Below are positions 36,936-48,860 of a DNA stretch of 64,000 nucleotides, in pieces. A program made the position numbers and the translations under genes. The notes under the pieces were generated by a model. That model saw only the letters and a list, made by a program, of their open reading frames with translations. It did no database searches and was not told where the DNA came from. Position 1 is the stretch's first letter, and each line of letters begins with the position of its first letter. Source of the DNA: Octopus sinensis (taxonomy: Eukaryota); the NCBI RefSeq assembly GCF_006345805.1, contig NC_043003.1, positions 63,426,001-63,490,000 on the forward strand. Direction: 5' to 3'.

Positions 36936-37499
36936 TGTATCATATATGAATCTCATCATGTGTGTGTGTGTGTGTGTGTGTCTTTGTGTTTGTGTTTGTC
37001 CCTTACTGCTTGATAGCCAGTATTGGTTTGTTTATGTTCCTGTAATTTAGCAGTTTGGCAAAAGAGGCTGATAGAATATGTATAGAATCACAATAGAATA
37101 AATATTGTAAGAATAGATAAAATATGAATAGAATAAGTCCAAAGACAGAAGCTCGACTTTGCCTTTCATCCTCTCAGGGTTGATAAATTAAGTACTAGTG
37201 AAACACTGTGGTGGGGGTGTCGATGTAATCAACTAGTCCCTTCCCCAAAAATTTCAGGCCTTGTGGCCATAGTAGAAAGGATTATAGTTATTGTTATTCT
37301 TATTATTAGCAGTTGTAGTAGTGTTATTATTGGCCAGCTGGCAGAATCGTTAACACACCAGGTAAAATGCTTGATGGCATTTTGTTCTTATGTTCTGAGT
37401 TCAAATTCTGCCTGACTCATATGGACCACCTCTTCTCAGAGGAAAAATTGGGTTTGCATTGGGTCAACTTAGGAAAAAGCACAGTTATTGAAGTATTGA

Positions 37500-37670
37500 T
37501 AACAATTCAAATTCAACAAGACCTGTGAGAGGAAGGCCTTTCCTCAGAAACATCCGACACAATGTAGAAAAATCCAAAAAAAGCTGCTGGGGTTCCAACA
37601 GGAGAGAAGCAGAAAGAACAGCCCAGAGTTAAAAACAGTGGAGAAAAGTTGCCAATGAGAAACTAAAGGT
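37500..37670 (+). mobile_element. RTE LINE 3' coding end, frameshifted
   Basis: RPVRGRP...KKAAGV...REAERTAQS.KQWRKV. Confidence 0.55.
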
Positions 37671-37739
37671 TTAAATAAAAAAAAAACTAAGTAAGCCATG
37701 ACTGGGCAGATATACGGAGAATTCACAAAAAAAAAAGGC

Positions 37740-38100
37740 AAATGATGAAGACAGTTTGTGTAGACAACAAACAGATGTATTAGTTTAACACTTGGGTAGT
37801 GAAAAAGTCTTTAACATTTCAAGCCAATGCTCTTCCACAGGAAGGAACACAGAAAGAAACAAAGAGAAAATAAAGAATGTGTAGTAGCTAGCAATCTATC
37901 ATGGCGGATAATTCAGGAAGGCAGGGTCGCTACTCTCTGAGACCCCTTTCAGAGTTCCCCTACCTAACAGTTCTACCAAATTCCTGGTCACAGTCCAAAC
38001 ACCGAAAGAAGCAAAAACGGATGAAATAAATAAACAGAAAAATAAGTGAAATGCTTTGATAGTAAATTGAGAAGTGAAGAGTTGAAATCTCATTTGAGAC
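37740..38100 (-). mobile_element. Penelope-derived 3' end, same family as 6000-6195
   Basis: Shares CCGCCATGAT, GAAGAGC..GGCT.GAAA.GT.AAAGACTTT and GTTAAACTAATACA.CTG with the Penelope tail. Confidence 0.7.
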
Positions 38101-38359
38101 GCATCTTGACAAACACTTATATATATCGTTTTAAAAGCTGCAAAATATTTTTCAGAGGCTTAGAATCTTTGCTTCCTTTGTATTATTTTTGTTGTTTTTT
38201 TTTCTGTTAATAGCATAAAGGAAATAAGAAAGAAACCTGCTACATGTGCGTGCATGTGTGTGTATGTATGTACATATATACATTTATGTATGCATGTATG
38301 GATATATATATATATATATATATATATAGATAGATAGATAGATATAGATATATATATAC

Positions 38360-38790
38360 ATATATATATTTCGTTTTTGGATTTGGTTTGCGAGATTCTT
38401 TATGTGACTTCGTGTGTTGAAGCATATTCTGTTTTTTCTAGGGAGAGTCATTCTCTTTTGGTGACTTATAATTTAACACACTCACTGGTAAAATTTCCAT
38501 TTATTTTATTTTTTATTTTTCTAAAATTTTCGTTGCATCTTGCAACCTTTCCAATAGTTTTGATTCTGTCCGTTACTCACACACAGTCAGGGTCAGGGAA
38601 TAGGAATCACTTGCTAATGGTAAATGCTGTATTCTTGGATAGTCTTTTGTTAGCTTACTTCTCATCTGATGATTACGGTCTTTTAAAATGATGTAACGTT
38701 CTCATTCTTTTTTTAAAAAGTTACATAAGGAACTGCTGTAATGAAATCACAATTATCCACCATATGCTACTATTCATTTGGTTTTATATA
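38360..38790 (+). mobile_element. Dispersed repeat with a decayed hammerhead-like motif (38661-38745)
   Basis: The 5' part recurs inverted at about 50460-50670. The 3' part matches 27380-27510, with CTGATGA intact but GAAAC changed to GGAAC. Confidence 0.65.
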
Positions 38791-39082
38791 TATATGTATG
38801 TATGTATGTATATGTATATATATGTGTGTGTGTGTATATATATGTTACTGCCTGAAATGGTTGTGACTTCTGGAATTTGACTGAGGAAAGACAGTCATGA
38901 ATGACCTGTCCTTTTTTGCCTGTCCTTCTAATTGTTGTTTCTCTTGTCCACCTTCATATCGTCTATCTGTTCGAATGTTTTAATGTCCTCTATTGTGTTT
39001 TTATTCCATATGTATGTGTATATATATATATATCTATGTATGTATGTTTGAATGTAAGTATGTATGTATATCTATGTATGTA

Positions 39083-39156
<74 letters not shown>

Positions 39157-40074
39157 TATACATATACATATATATATACATATATAATATTAGGGAATAT
39201 TATTTCACAATATATAATATTGTGAATTAGAGAATACATTGTATATTTAATTTTTTCTATATGGTATAATTTAATTATATCATTGTTCTTTCATTGTTGA
39301 ATTCTCTCATTTATATATATATATATGTGTGTGTGTGTGTATATATATATATGTATTTATATATATGGATATGTGTATGTGTGTGTGTGTGAGTGTACAC
39401 TAGTCGAGACATTATGTGACGCTTGTAAATGATTATCATTGTTATGCAAGTGATATTGTTCTTTTGTAGTCTTCCATGAAGAAAATATGTCTAGCCATGA
39501 GGAAATATGACTTTGCTTGAAAATAGGTGAGGGCTGGTGGCAGGGAAAACATCCAGCCATAGAAAATCTGCATCAAAACATTCCATCTGACCCATGCAGG
39601 CATGGAAAAATAGAGGTTAAATAATGGTGGTGGTGGTAGTGGTGAGGAGGAGGAGGAGGCGGAGGAGGAGGGGGAGGAGGAGGAGGGGAGGAGGAGGAGG
39701 AGAGGTAACAGCAGCAGCAGCAGCAGCAGGATCTTGGCAGAATTTAAACTTGGGAAATAAGATTAAACTTGATACTGTAATATCTTAACTCCTCCTCCTT
39801 CTTCTTCTTCTTCTTCTTCTTCTTCTTCTTCTTCTTCTTCTTCTTCTTCTCTTTCCTCCTTGTTCTCCTTTTTCTTCTTCTTTATTTCCTTCTCATGTCA
39901 TACTGCACATTAGTTGCATGCTTGAATGACTCCAGTATTATACAAGTTGGTATTTTTTTTTTGTCTATGAGAAACAGATGCTTGCTAAAACCTTACTCAA
40001 CCGTTTTTACTTTGGGGACAAAAGGACGCTATCACTAGACCTCTGTAACCCTTCTCACAAAGCAACCATTTCCA

Positions 40075-40250
40075 AGACGAAGAAGAAAAAGGAGAGGAAG
40101 AAGAAGAAGAAGAAGAAGGAGAAGAAGAAGAAGAAGAAGAAGAAGAAGAAGAAGAAGAAGAAGAAGAAGAAGAAGAAGAAGAAGAAGAAGGAGAAGAAGA
40201 AGAAGAAGAAGAAGAAGAAGAAGAAGAAGAAGAAGAAGAAGAAGAAGAAG
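40075..40250. repeat. (AAG)n trinucleotide repeat
   Basis: Directly visible in the sequence. Confidence 0.97.
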
Positions 40251-40472
40251 AGACTGTTCCAGTATTTCACTGGTGTTATATTTATTGACCCTGGATGAAT
40301 GAAAAGCCAAGTTGACTTTTGTGGTGTTTGAACCTGCAGTAGTTGTGTAGCAAACACTGCACAGCACTTTAAGCAACGCTCTATTGATCCTGTTTCTACT
40401 AATTTGCCACATTGATCTACTGACAATTTCATAATAATAAAGTTAATCTAGTCTTTCTTTTTTGTGTGTGTG

Positions 40473-40511
<39 letters not shown>

Positions 40512-40651
40512 AATTTGTTTTCATAATATCTGGGGCGTATCATATAAATTTTTTTTTTTTTTGCAACAAGTGGGAAACTTAATATTGTAATGTCTGGGCC
40601 ATAATCATATAATAAATTTAATCTAATACTTTTTTTTATTGGATTTGTCAG

Positions 40652-40743
40652 AAGGAAGGAGTTGCACCCGTTGCCCTCACAAGCCCTCTTTAAGCAATGT
40701 TCATTTAATGCTCCTCTTTCAACATTTGCTATTTGGTTTCTGG
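40652..40743 (+). other. Candidate exon (5' UTR or N-terminal) upstream of the 41573 exon
   Basis: T-rich tract + TGTCAG acceptor and strong TGG|GTGAGT donor in unique sequence. One frame is open and continues in phase into the ORF at 41590. Confidence 0.4.
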
Positions 40744-41139
40744 GTGAGTATGTTTATGGGTCAGTCCATCTCCTGGTTTGGTAGACAAAAGTGTTTTCTC
40801 AGAGTATGGTGAGGGAGACACAGAGAAAATCTACACTGACGCCTGAGACTCACACTAGCAAACAGCCATCTTCTCCCTAAATGTCATCATTGTTAGTTAA
40901 TTCCTGGTCAGTCCTGATTGAGCAAACCTATGATTGAAGGCATTCCAACTGTGACCATATCACATTAATCAATGTATCTGACCTTCTACTTTTAAATAGA
41001 TATCTTTTAATTTTAATTTTAATCTTTTGTTTTCAATAAATGTTGCTACTCTCTCCATCAGAGCAGGCTTCTTCATTGGCTCAAAGGAGTAGTGGTGGTC
41101 AGTTTAGGCAAAAGTCAGTTCAGCAAAATTTCTAGAACA

Positions 41140-41530
41140 GATTATGTTGGGGCATTAGGAGAAAAGGTACTCTGAGTTGGGGTACAATAGAAGAGATACT
41201 ATGTGTTTGAGTACCATAAGAGGAGATATTGTGAGTTGGGAAGTATGTGAATTGGTACTGAATTGGAGCACTATGAGAAGACATACTCTGAGTTAAGGTA
41301 CTATGATCTGGGGTACTATGGGAAGAGGTACCATTAGCCGGGTTACTTTGAGAAGAGTCACCATGTGTTGGGGTACTATGAGCCAATGAAAAAGCCTGTT
41401 TTGATGGAGGTAGTAGCATCTATGATAAAATGTACAATGAGAAGAGATACTATAAGTTGCGGTGCAATGAGAAAGACTCTAAGAGTTAGGGTTCTATGAG
41501 AAAAGGTACTATGAGTTGGGGTACTACAAG
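41140..41530. repeat. Degenerate 15/30-bp minisatellite
   Basis: Alternating GGTACTATGAGTTGG and GGTACTATGAGAAGA variants. Confidence 0.8.
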
Positions 41531-41589
41531 AATTATGTTTGAAATGAGACTCTCCTTATGTTTTCTTTTCAGAGAATGATATACGATAT

Positions 41590-41814
41590 ATGTATAAGTT
41601 TACGTCAAAATTTCACTTCAACAAGTATCCAGCATGCTTATGCTGGTTGGCAGCTGTGCTGCTATTTCATTGCTTATTTTATGCAATTAAAGTCAGTGCT
41701 GCATCCCTGCCACTCTCATCATATTCCTATCGGCGGCAGTGTCCCACAGAGAGGGGCTGTCTACTGCTGGCTAAACAAATAATTCAAATTCATGGAATAA
41801 CTGCAAGTGTTTAA
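41590..41814 (+). CDS. Candidate secreted protein / peptide-precursor exon, family not recognised
   Basis: Strong acceptor CTCCTTATGTTTTCTTTTCAG| at 41572/41573. The ORF MYKFTSKFHFNKYPACLCWLAAVLLFHCLFYAIKVSA-ASLPLSSYSY-RR-QCPTERGCLLLAKQIIQIHGITA has a signal-peptide-like profile. It either stops at 41814 or splices at a weak donor A|GTGTTT (41806/41807). Confidence 0.5.
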   Translation: MYKFTSKFHFNKYPACLCWLAAVLLFHCLFYAIKVSAASLPLSSYSYRRQCPTERGCLLLAKQIIQIHGITASV

Positions 41815-41948
41815 TGACAAATTTGACTTGACTGTTATTGCTTGTAAAACATTAGCAATAAACATATATAATTAATTATAAACTAATTACCATCATATCG
41901 TTTAATAAATCATAATCTGTTTATTCATGCACACGTACGCTCATGTGA

Positions 41949-41994
<46 letters not shown>

Positions 41995-42014
41995 GTTTTG
42001 AGAGATAAAAGGGT

Positions 42015-42061
<47 letters not shown>

Positions 42062-42195
42062 AGAGAGAGAGAGAAATAGAGAGACAGTGAGATAGCTTGC
42101 TAGATAAGTGGATGGATGGCTAGATAGTAGATGGACAAAGAGACAGACAAGCAGGTAGATGGCAAACAGATAGACAGACAGACAGACATACAGAC

Positions 42196-42240
<45 letters not shown>

Positions 42241-44032
42241 TAGATAGATAGATAGATACACAGATAGATAGATATGGATAGATAGCTGAGCCAGTGTTTT
42301 CTGTCAAACCAAAAATGAGTTTCTAAAGTAGTCACAAATCAAAGAGTCAGATTCAGGAAGCCTATACATATTAGCTCAACCTGCTGGAAATACCAGCCAA
42401 ATCCCCTTCAAATTATACACTACTGTCTTTAAAAGTCAAAGTCACCCTGGACAATGTAGTTCTTGATGTGCAAATAAGACAGGACAGTTGTCATTGGAAT
42501 GTTTTTGACCATAGATCTACACAGGCTGAATCTAACGGACAACAACATCAACAATACCAGCATCATCATTATCATCATCATCATCAACCTGATACAACCA
42601 GCCACCACTCATGAGCACATATGGTTTGGTAGCAGATACTTTGTTTTTGATGATTGTTTTAGGAGGCCCTGTCTGGCATGGGCTGCACAGTTTGAGAGAA
42701 GCTCAACAGCTGAAGGGCTCTTCAGGCTCCATGTCTGTTTTGGCATGGTTCCTACAGCTGGATGCCTTTCCTAATGCCAGTACCAGTTCAAAATATTTTG
42801 GTAATTATTCTGTGATAAAAGATGTGAAAGATATGGTTTCAGGAAATTTGTTTTTATCCAAAATGGCATGACGGTATTTTTTGATAAAAATTACTTTATG
42901 GCAATAAATGTTAACTATTTTCGTTTTTTTATTTTATTCTCTTACTTGTCTCAGTCATTTTGACTGAGGCCATGCTGGAGCACCACCTTTAGTCGAACAA
43001 ATTGACTCCAGAACTTATTCTTTGTAAGCCTAGTACTTATTCTATCGGTCTTTCTTGTTGAACAGCTAAGTTACGGGGGACGTAAACACACCAACATCAG
43101 TTGTCAAGCAATGTTGGGCGGACAAACACAGACACACATATAATAAGGGTAGAAAATTTAGAACAATTTTCATACCGGTGGCTAACATGCATAATAAAGT
43201 CAATAGACAACATATTTTCATATATAATAGTGTACAAATAAGTATTTATACATGTAAGAGGTGATCTGGGTTTTAACTGCCCTTTCTAGCATGATAACGA
43301 TGACGATAATGACAAGGAGGAGGCGGAGGATGGTGGGGTGAGTGGGTGGGTATAGAGGAGTGGCGGAGGTGGTGCTGATGCCGCTGGTGCTGACGATGAT
43401 GACAACGATGATGATGATAATGAGGATGAGGAGAAGAATGGTGGTGGTGGTGGTGGTGGTGGTGGTGGTGGTCATGGTTGTGATGATGATGATAACGATG
43501 ATGATGCCAACGATGCCAGTGATGACGATAATGACAAGGAGGAGCAACAGCGGCACCAGCAGCAATAGTGGAAGTAGGATGATGGGTGGGGTGGGGTGGA
43601 GCCTTGATGCCAATGTACTTTGGAACTACTTCTGATTCAATTACAAAAAGCGTTCAGTCAAAAATGCTCATTCCTAAATTCTACGTAAAAGAAAAAAAAG
43701 AAAATTTTGCTGTGATTAAAACAACAATTTAATATAATTAGTTATTTCACTAAATTCCATTCAAATTCTTGATTGTTTTCATTGGTAGAATTGTCAGAGC
43801 ATTAAAAGAAATGGTTGGCAGGATTTCTTCCAACTCTTTACCTTCTTTGTTCAAATCCCACTTAGGTCAACTTGACCGATCATCCTTTTGAGGTCAATAA
43901 AGTACTAGCCAAATACTGGGCTTACTGTAATTGACTTACCTCCTGGTCCCCACCCCCAACTGCTGGCCTTGTGCCAAAATTTGAAATCACTATTATTGTT
44001 ATTATCATCATTGTTGTTGTTGTTGTTATTAC

Positions 44033-44065
<33 letters not shown>

Positions 44066-44066
<1 letters not shown>

Positions 44067-44490
44067 GACGCCGCACCGTATACAATATCGTGAGGTTGTT
44101 GATTGAAGATATTGTGTCTACCCAGGGTTTGTACTGTTTGTCAAGTCACAACAAGGACCTCAGACAGACAGTATTTTATGTAATATGTGTGCAGTTCCAA
44201 GTAATGCCTACTTTTACAATACATCTAAATTGTAGGGTATTTCTAAGATTTTCAGATGTTTTTTTCAGATTGAGTGATATTGAACCCAATGCTCCAGTGA
44301 CAATAGGAGTGACCTTTATGTCTGACTCTTGTAGCTGTCACATCTTAGTGATCTCAATTCTCAGGTCTCTATATCTATCAACCTTTTCTCTTTCTTTCAT
44401 GTTGATCTCCTGGCACTGCTACGTTGCTTGTTGGTCACTCTTGTTTGTCCCTCCTAAAGGTTACTATATCTGGCCTTCGGTGCTCTAACA
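44066..44490 (-). mobile_element. Dong/R4-type non-LTR element 3' end abutting (AAT)n
   Basis: EHRRPDIV...NVAVPGDQH...EKVDRYRDLRIEITKMWQL...VTPIVTGALGSI is a PD-(D/E)xK restriction-like endonuclease C-terminus. Its 3' end is joined to an (ATT)n tract. Confidence 0.85.
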
Positions 44491-44544
44491 TCTTGTCTGT
44501 GTGGAAATTGAAGTCCCAGACCCGCTGTTCTTGAGGAGACCTAT

Positions 44545-44925
44545 TGAGTCAAGTACGTCAACACCAACATCAAAATAAAAATCAAATGGAAATTATAGTT
44601 ATGATATCCATGCTGGTGACACGTAAAAAGCACCGTCCGAATGTGGCACATGCCAGCACTACCTGACTGGCATCCATGTCGGTGACACGTAAAAACACCA
44701 ACCGATCGTGGCCATTTGCCAGCCTCCTCTCGCCCCTGTGCCAGTGGTACATAAAAAGCACCCTCTACACTCACAGAGTGGCTGGCATTAGGAAGAGCAT
44801 CCAGCTGTAGAAACACTGCCAGATCAGACTGGATTCTGGTGCAGCCTCCTGGTTTCCCTGACCCCAGTCGAACCGTCCAACCCATGCTAGCATGGAAAAC
44901 TGACGCTAAACGATGATGATGATGC
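44545..44925 (+). mobile_element. RTE 3' UTR/tail fragment ending in (GAT)n
   Basis: Matches 54660-54858. Confidence 0.8.
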
Positions 44926-45038
44926 TTATTATTAAAGGTGGCAAGTTGACAGAATTATTAGCAAGCTGGATGAAATGCTTAGCGGCATTTTGTCCATCAC
45001 CCCCTCCCACTGCCACCACCACCATTGTTATCCTCCTC

Positions 45039-45083
<45 letters not shown>

Positions 45084-45380
45084 TACGGCCTTCCAACAAA
45101 TTTGTTGAACAGTGTATGAGAGTGGCAAGTCTGAGTGAATGGCTCTACACTGTGAATGTAGGTGTAGACTGAAGAGAAGGCACTTCTTGTATTAGGGGTC
45201 AGAGTGATCATGGTTTTGAAGGGTTTTCCATTAGTAACCCTCAAAGGTCTTCCTCTTTTGGGGAATTATTCACTGTTGAAATTTATACATACTGCTATTC
45301 CTCTTCCTACACACTCCTTTACATAATCCACCATTGCACCACTCTGTACTGTTCCCAATGTTTTCATGAACTCTTCTTAG

Positions 45381-45436
45381 TGGTTACTGAAGAAAACATC
45401 ATTGATATCGTGAATTCTATTTGGAAAGGAAAGTGA
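45381..45436 (+). CDS. Candidate short coding exon (VTEENIIDIVNSIWKGK*)
   Basis: CTCTTCTTAG acceptor. Donor options are AA|GTGAGA (45432) and AAG|GTGAGT (45483). The phase fits the donor at 41806. Confidence 0.3.
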
Positions 45437-45949
45437 GAACTGAGAGGGATGTGCTCCCTGCTTCCCAGTAAATTTCTTGAAAGGTGAGTGAATGTGGCAA
45501 GGGTGGCCCACATGAATGAGCCTAAGTATCAATAACCTGAGGAGACACGGAGAAGAGAAAGAAATTACCATGGTGCTCCCAGTGAGTAGAATGGCTTGAG
45601 ATCTATGAGGTTCCATGATTGCCTCTGAGGGGCATTTCTAGCCCACCCCAACCAAGCTGATGGATAGTTATCTGGGATCTCAGGGGTCTAGAGATCAAAC
45701 CCTGATCCATGTAAGCTGTGGTTTGCTGTCAATAAATAACTTTTTTAGGGCCCAGTGAAATGATTTGCCTGGGGGCTTCAATGAACTAGGGTAGTGGTTC
45801 TTAACCAGGTTCCATATGACCCTTAGGGATTCCACATCCGATTTTGCTGTTTTGTTTGTGAGACTTTTTTGCTGTTGGTTCAATGTTTACATGTTTTTAT
45901 GTAAATTCCTTTGTCCTTGTAATATCCTAAATGTTTTTTGCAGGCCCTG

Positions 45950-46560
45950 GTGAGCTGGCAGAACTGTTAGCATACCAGACAAATTACCTTATGACCAGTT
46001 TTTATGTCCTGAGTTCAAATTCTGCCGAGGTTGACTTTTGCCTTTCATTCTTTCACAGCTGATAAAATAAGTACCAGCTGAGCACTGGGGTCAATCTATT
46101 TGACTAGCCCTCAGCCCCAAAATTCAGGCCTTATACTTATAGTAAAAAGAACTTTATTATTACTACAATTATTAACCCTTTCTTTACTGTATTTATTTTG
46201 AGATTCTCTGTGTTTCTTTCAATTACTTTAAATATAACAAAGAATTTAGTAAAAGATAGTGTTAGGAACATAAATTGTGACTAAGATTTGGTGGAAGATT
46301 TTAATTCAAAACTTACGAAAACAAGACATTTGTACACTGGTGTCAGCTGGGTTGGTAACACAGGAGTTAAGGCCGTGAGCTGGCAGAATCGTTAGCATAC
46401 CAGACAAACTGTTTGGCAGCATTTAGCCCATCTTTACATTCTGAGCTCCAATTCTGCCAAGTTCATCGTTGCCTTTCATCCTTTTGGGGTTTATAAAATA
46501 AATACCAGTTGAGCCCTGGGGACAAGGTGATCAACTAAGCCCCAGCCCAAAAGTTCAAGA
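45950..46560 (+). mobile_element. Two SINE family A copies with an intervening repeat
   Basis: Family A heads at about 45950 and 46375. Confidence 0.75.
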
Positions 46561-46930
46561 TTTAACTATTATCATTATTCCTACCATTATTATTATAACA
46601 GTTTAAGATGTTTATCAACATCATATTATCGCTATTTCAACATTGTTTTAATATTTTTGTTTTGGTGAGGAGGCTTTGAGTAGTGGTGGTGGTGGTGGTG
46701 GTGGTGGTGGTGGTGGTATGAACTGTGCAGAATTCTATAAAAATTAATGAACATTTGGTGTTTTTGAAATTTTTTTCCTCTTGAATTCTTTGTGTAAATG
46801 TTTTAAATGCTGGTCGACCTTTGTCAAACATTGAACAATGGACTGTAAGCGGAACCTAGCTTTAAATTCCTTGATCGACTGACGTAAGTAAAAGAATGTA
46901 CCTTTGCCCTGTTATTCCATGTATCCTTAC

Positions 46931-46942
46931 ATCAGCAATGTC
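46931..46942 (-). other. Candidate 12-nt microexon (GACATTGCTGAT)
   Basis: About 65-nt pyrimidine-rich tract ending TTTTTCCCCAAG| and donor GAT|GTAAGG. Confidence 0.3.
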
Positions 46943-48173
46943 CTTGGGGAAAAACCAAAAACAACGAAATGTAATGCAAAAAAAAAGAACGGAAAGAAAG
47001 AAAGAAATGTATGAATGTCACACAATCACATCCCAACCTCATACGTAAAACTTTTTGTTTACGTAACTACTACTACTACTAGGATCACCACTGCCACTGC
47101 TGCCATTGCTGCCACCCCACCCCACCACCGTTACTACTGCTGCTGCTGCATCTATTGTTGTTTTTGATATTATTACAACAGAGTGATGGCAAGGCAAACT
47201 TTGTGAAGTTGTGAGTTCAAATAGCTCCAGAGACAACTTTGTCTTTCACCCTTCCAGGGATCAATAATGTAAGACCAAATAAAACACCAGGAGATCAATA
47301 TAATTGTTGCTTCTCTCCAGATTCCTGGTCTCTCTAAAATAGAAATCATAGTATCATCAGGTAGGGTCATGTGGTCAAGAGGTAAGGAAGAGCATTCTGC
47401 TCACAAACACGATGCTGTGGGTTCAATTCCTGTCATATGCAGTGAATTGTGTTCTAAAGCAAAGTATTTCATTTCACAATGTTTATGTCTTTACTTAGGA
47501 CTTAGGTTTATCATAAGCCCCAGGACTCATAAGGGCCAGGACTTAACCCAGTTTGCATGCTGTATAAGGGACTTAGATTACAGCATTCCCCCAGGTTGAA
47601 TGGGATGCAAGTCCCCTACTGGGTTAACCTCTCTGCTATTGTTGGAATTCATTTACAGCTGAGTGGAGTGGAAACAAAGTGTTTTAGTCAAGAATAACTG
47701 CCCAGTCCATGGATTGAAACTGTGGTCTTACAGTCATGAGTGCAACACCTTAACCAATAGGCCATGTACATTCACAGTTCCTGTTTACTCAACTCCAAAT
47801 GAGTGCCAACCAGTTGCTGGTGTAAACCCTCTCTCCTCTACCTGTCACATTCCGTAGTCAAGGCGAGAGGAGTGGAGGATGAGAGGAACAGGGGATGAGG
47901 GGTGGGGGAAGAGACGTAGGGGATGAGAGGGTTTCCATGTTTGCTCATGCATAGACAGGACCCCCTAAAACAAACATAAAAAAAAAGTATCTGTTACCAA
48001 ACCACATGCACTCATGAGTGATGGCTGTTTGTATCAGGCTGATGGATAGTTATCTGGGATCTCAGGGGTCTAGGGATCAAATCCTGATTCATGTAAGTTG
48101 TGGTTTGCTGTTAATAAATAACTTTTTTAGGGCCAGGTGAAATGATTTACCTGGGGGCTTCAATGAACTAGGG

Positions 48174-48432
48174 TAGTGGTTCTTAACTGGGGTCCATATG
48201 ACCCTTAGGGATTCTACATAAGATTTTGTTGTTAAAATTTATGTGCAATAAATGGTTTACACTTTTACAATACGCAAAATATTTTTGCAATTTTTTATAT
48301 CCAGTTCCAAATAATATTTAATTATAAAAATATGATAATAGGATTTTTTAAACATCAAAGGGTTATGTGGCTCCACCTGAATAAAATAAAAATCAAAGGG
48401 GTTCATATGTGGAAAATGGTTGAGAACCACTG
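48174..48432. mobile_element. hAT-type MITE (259 bp)
   Basis: TAGTGGTTCTTAAC...GTTGAGAACCACTG termini. The 8-bp flanks match only 5/8. Confidence 0.7.
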
Positions 48433-48631
48433 ATTAAGGGTAATAATTCTGATTTAATTCTGATTGCTATCAGTAAATAACTTCTATAGGGCCTAATGCA
48501 TTGATTTACCTAAGGGATTCAATGCTCTATGGACCCAATTCTGATTTATGTATATTGTCATTTGCTGTTGATAAATAACTTCTTTATAGCCCAACGCATT
48601 GATTTACCCATGTTCTAGGGGGCCAGTTCTT

Positions 48632-48860
48632 ATTTCTTTATTGCCCACAAGGGGCTAAACATAGAGGGGACAAACAAAGACAGACTAAGGAATTAAGTCG
48701 ATTACATCGACCCTAGTGCGTAACTGGTACTTAATTTATCGGCCCCGAACGGACGAAAGGCAAAGTCGACCTCAGCGGATTTGAACTCAGAACGTAATGG
48801 CAGACGAAATACCACTAAGCATTTTGCCCGGTGTGCTAACGTTTCTGCCAGCTCGCCGCC
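48632..48860 (-). mobile_element. SINE family A, full length
   Basis: Close match to the family consensus seen in the other copies. Confidence 0.88.

Noticed and set aside
41132-41419. Ser/Thr/His-rich 95-aa minus-strand ORF
   Set aside because: It is a by-product of the 15/30-bp minisatellite.
43218-43635. Hydrophobic or Met/Val-rich ORFs on both strands
   Set aside because: They come from mixed GAT/GGT trinucleotide low-complexity sequence.
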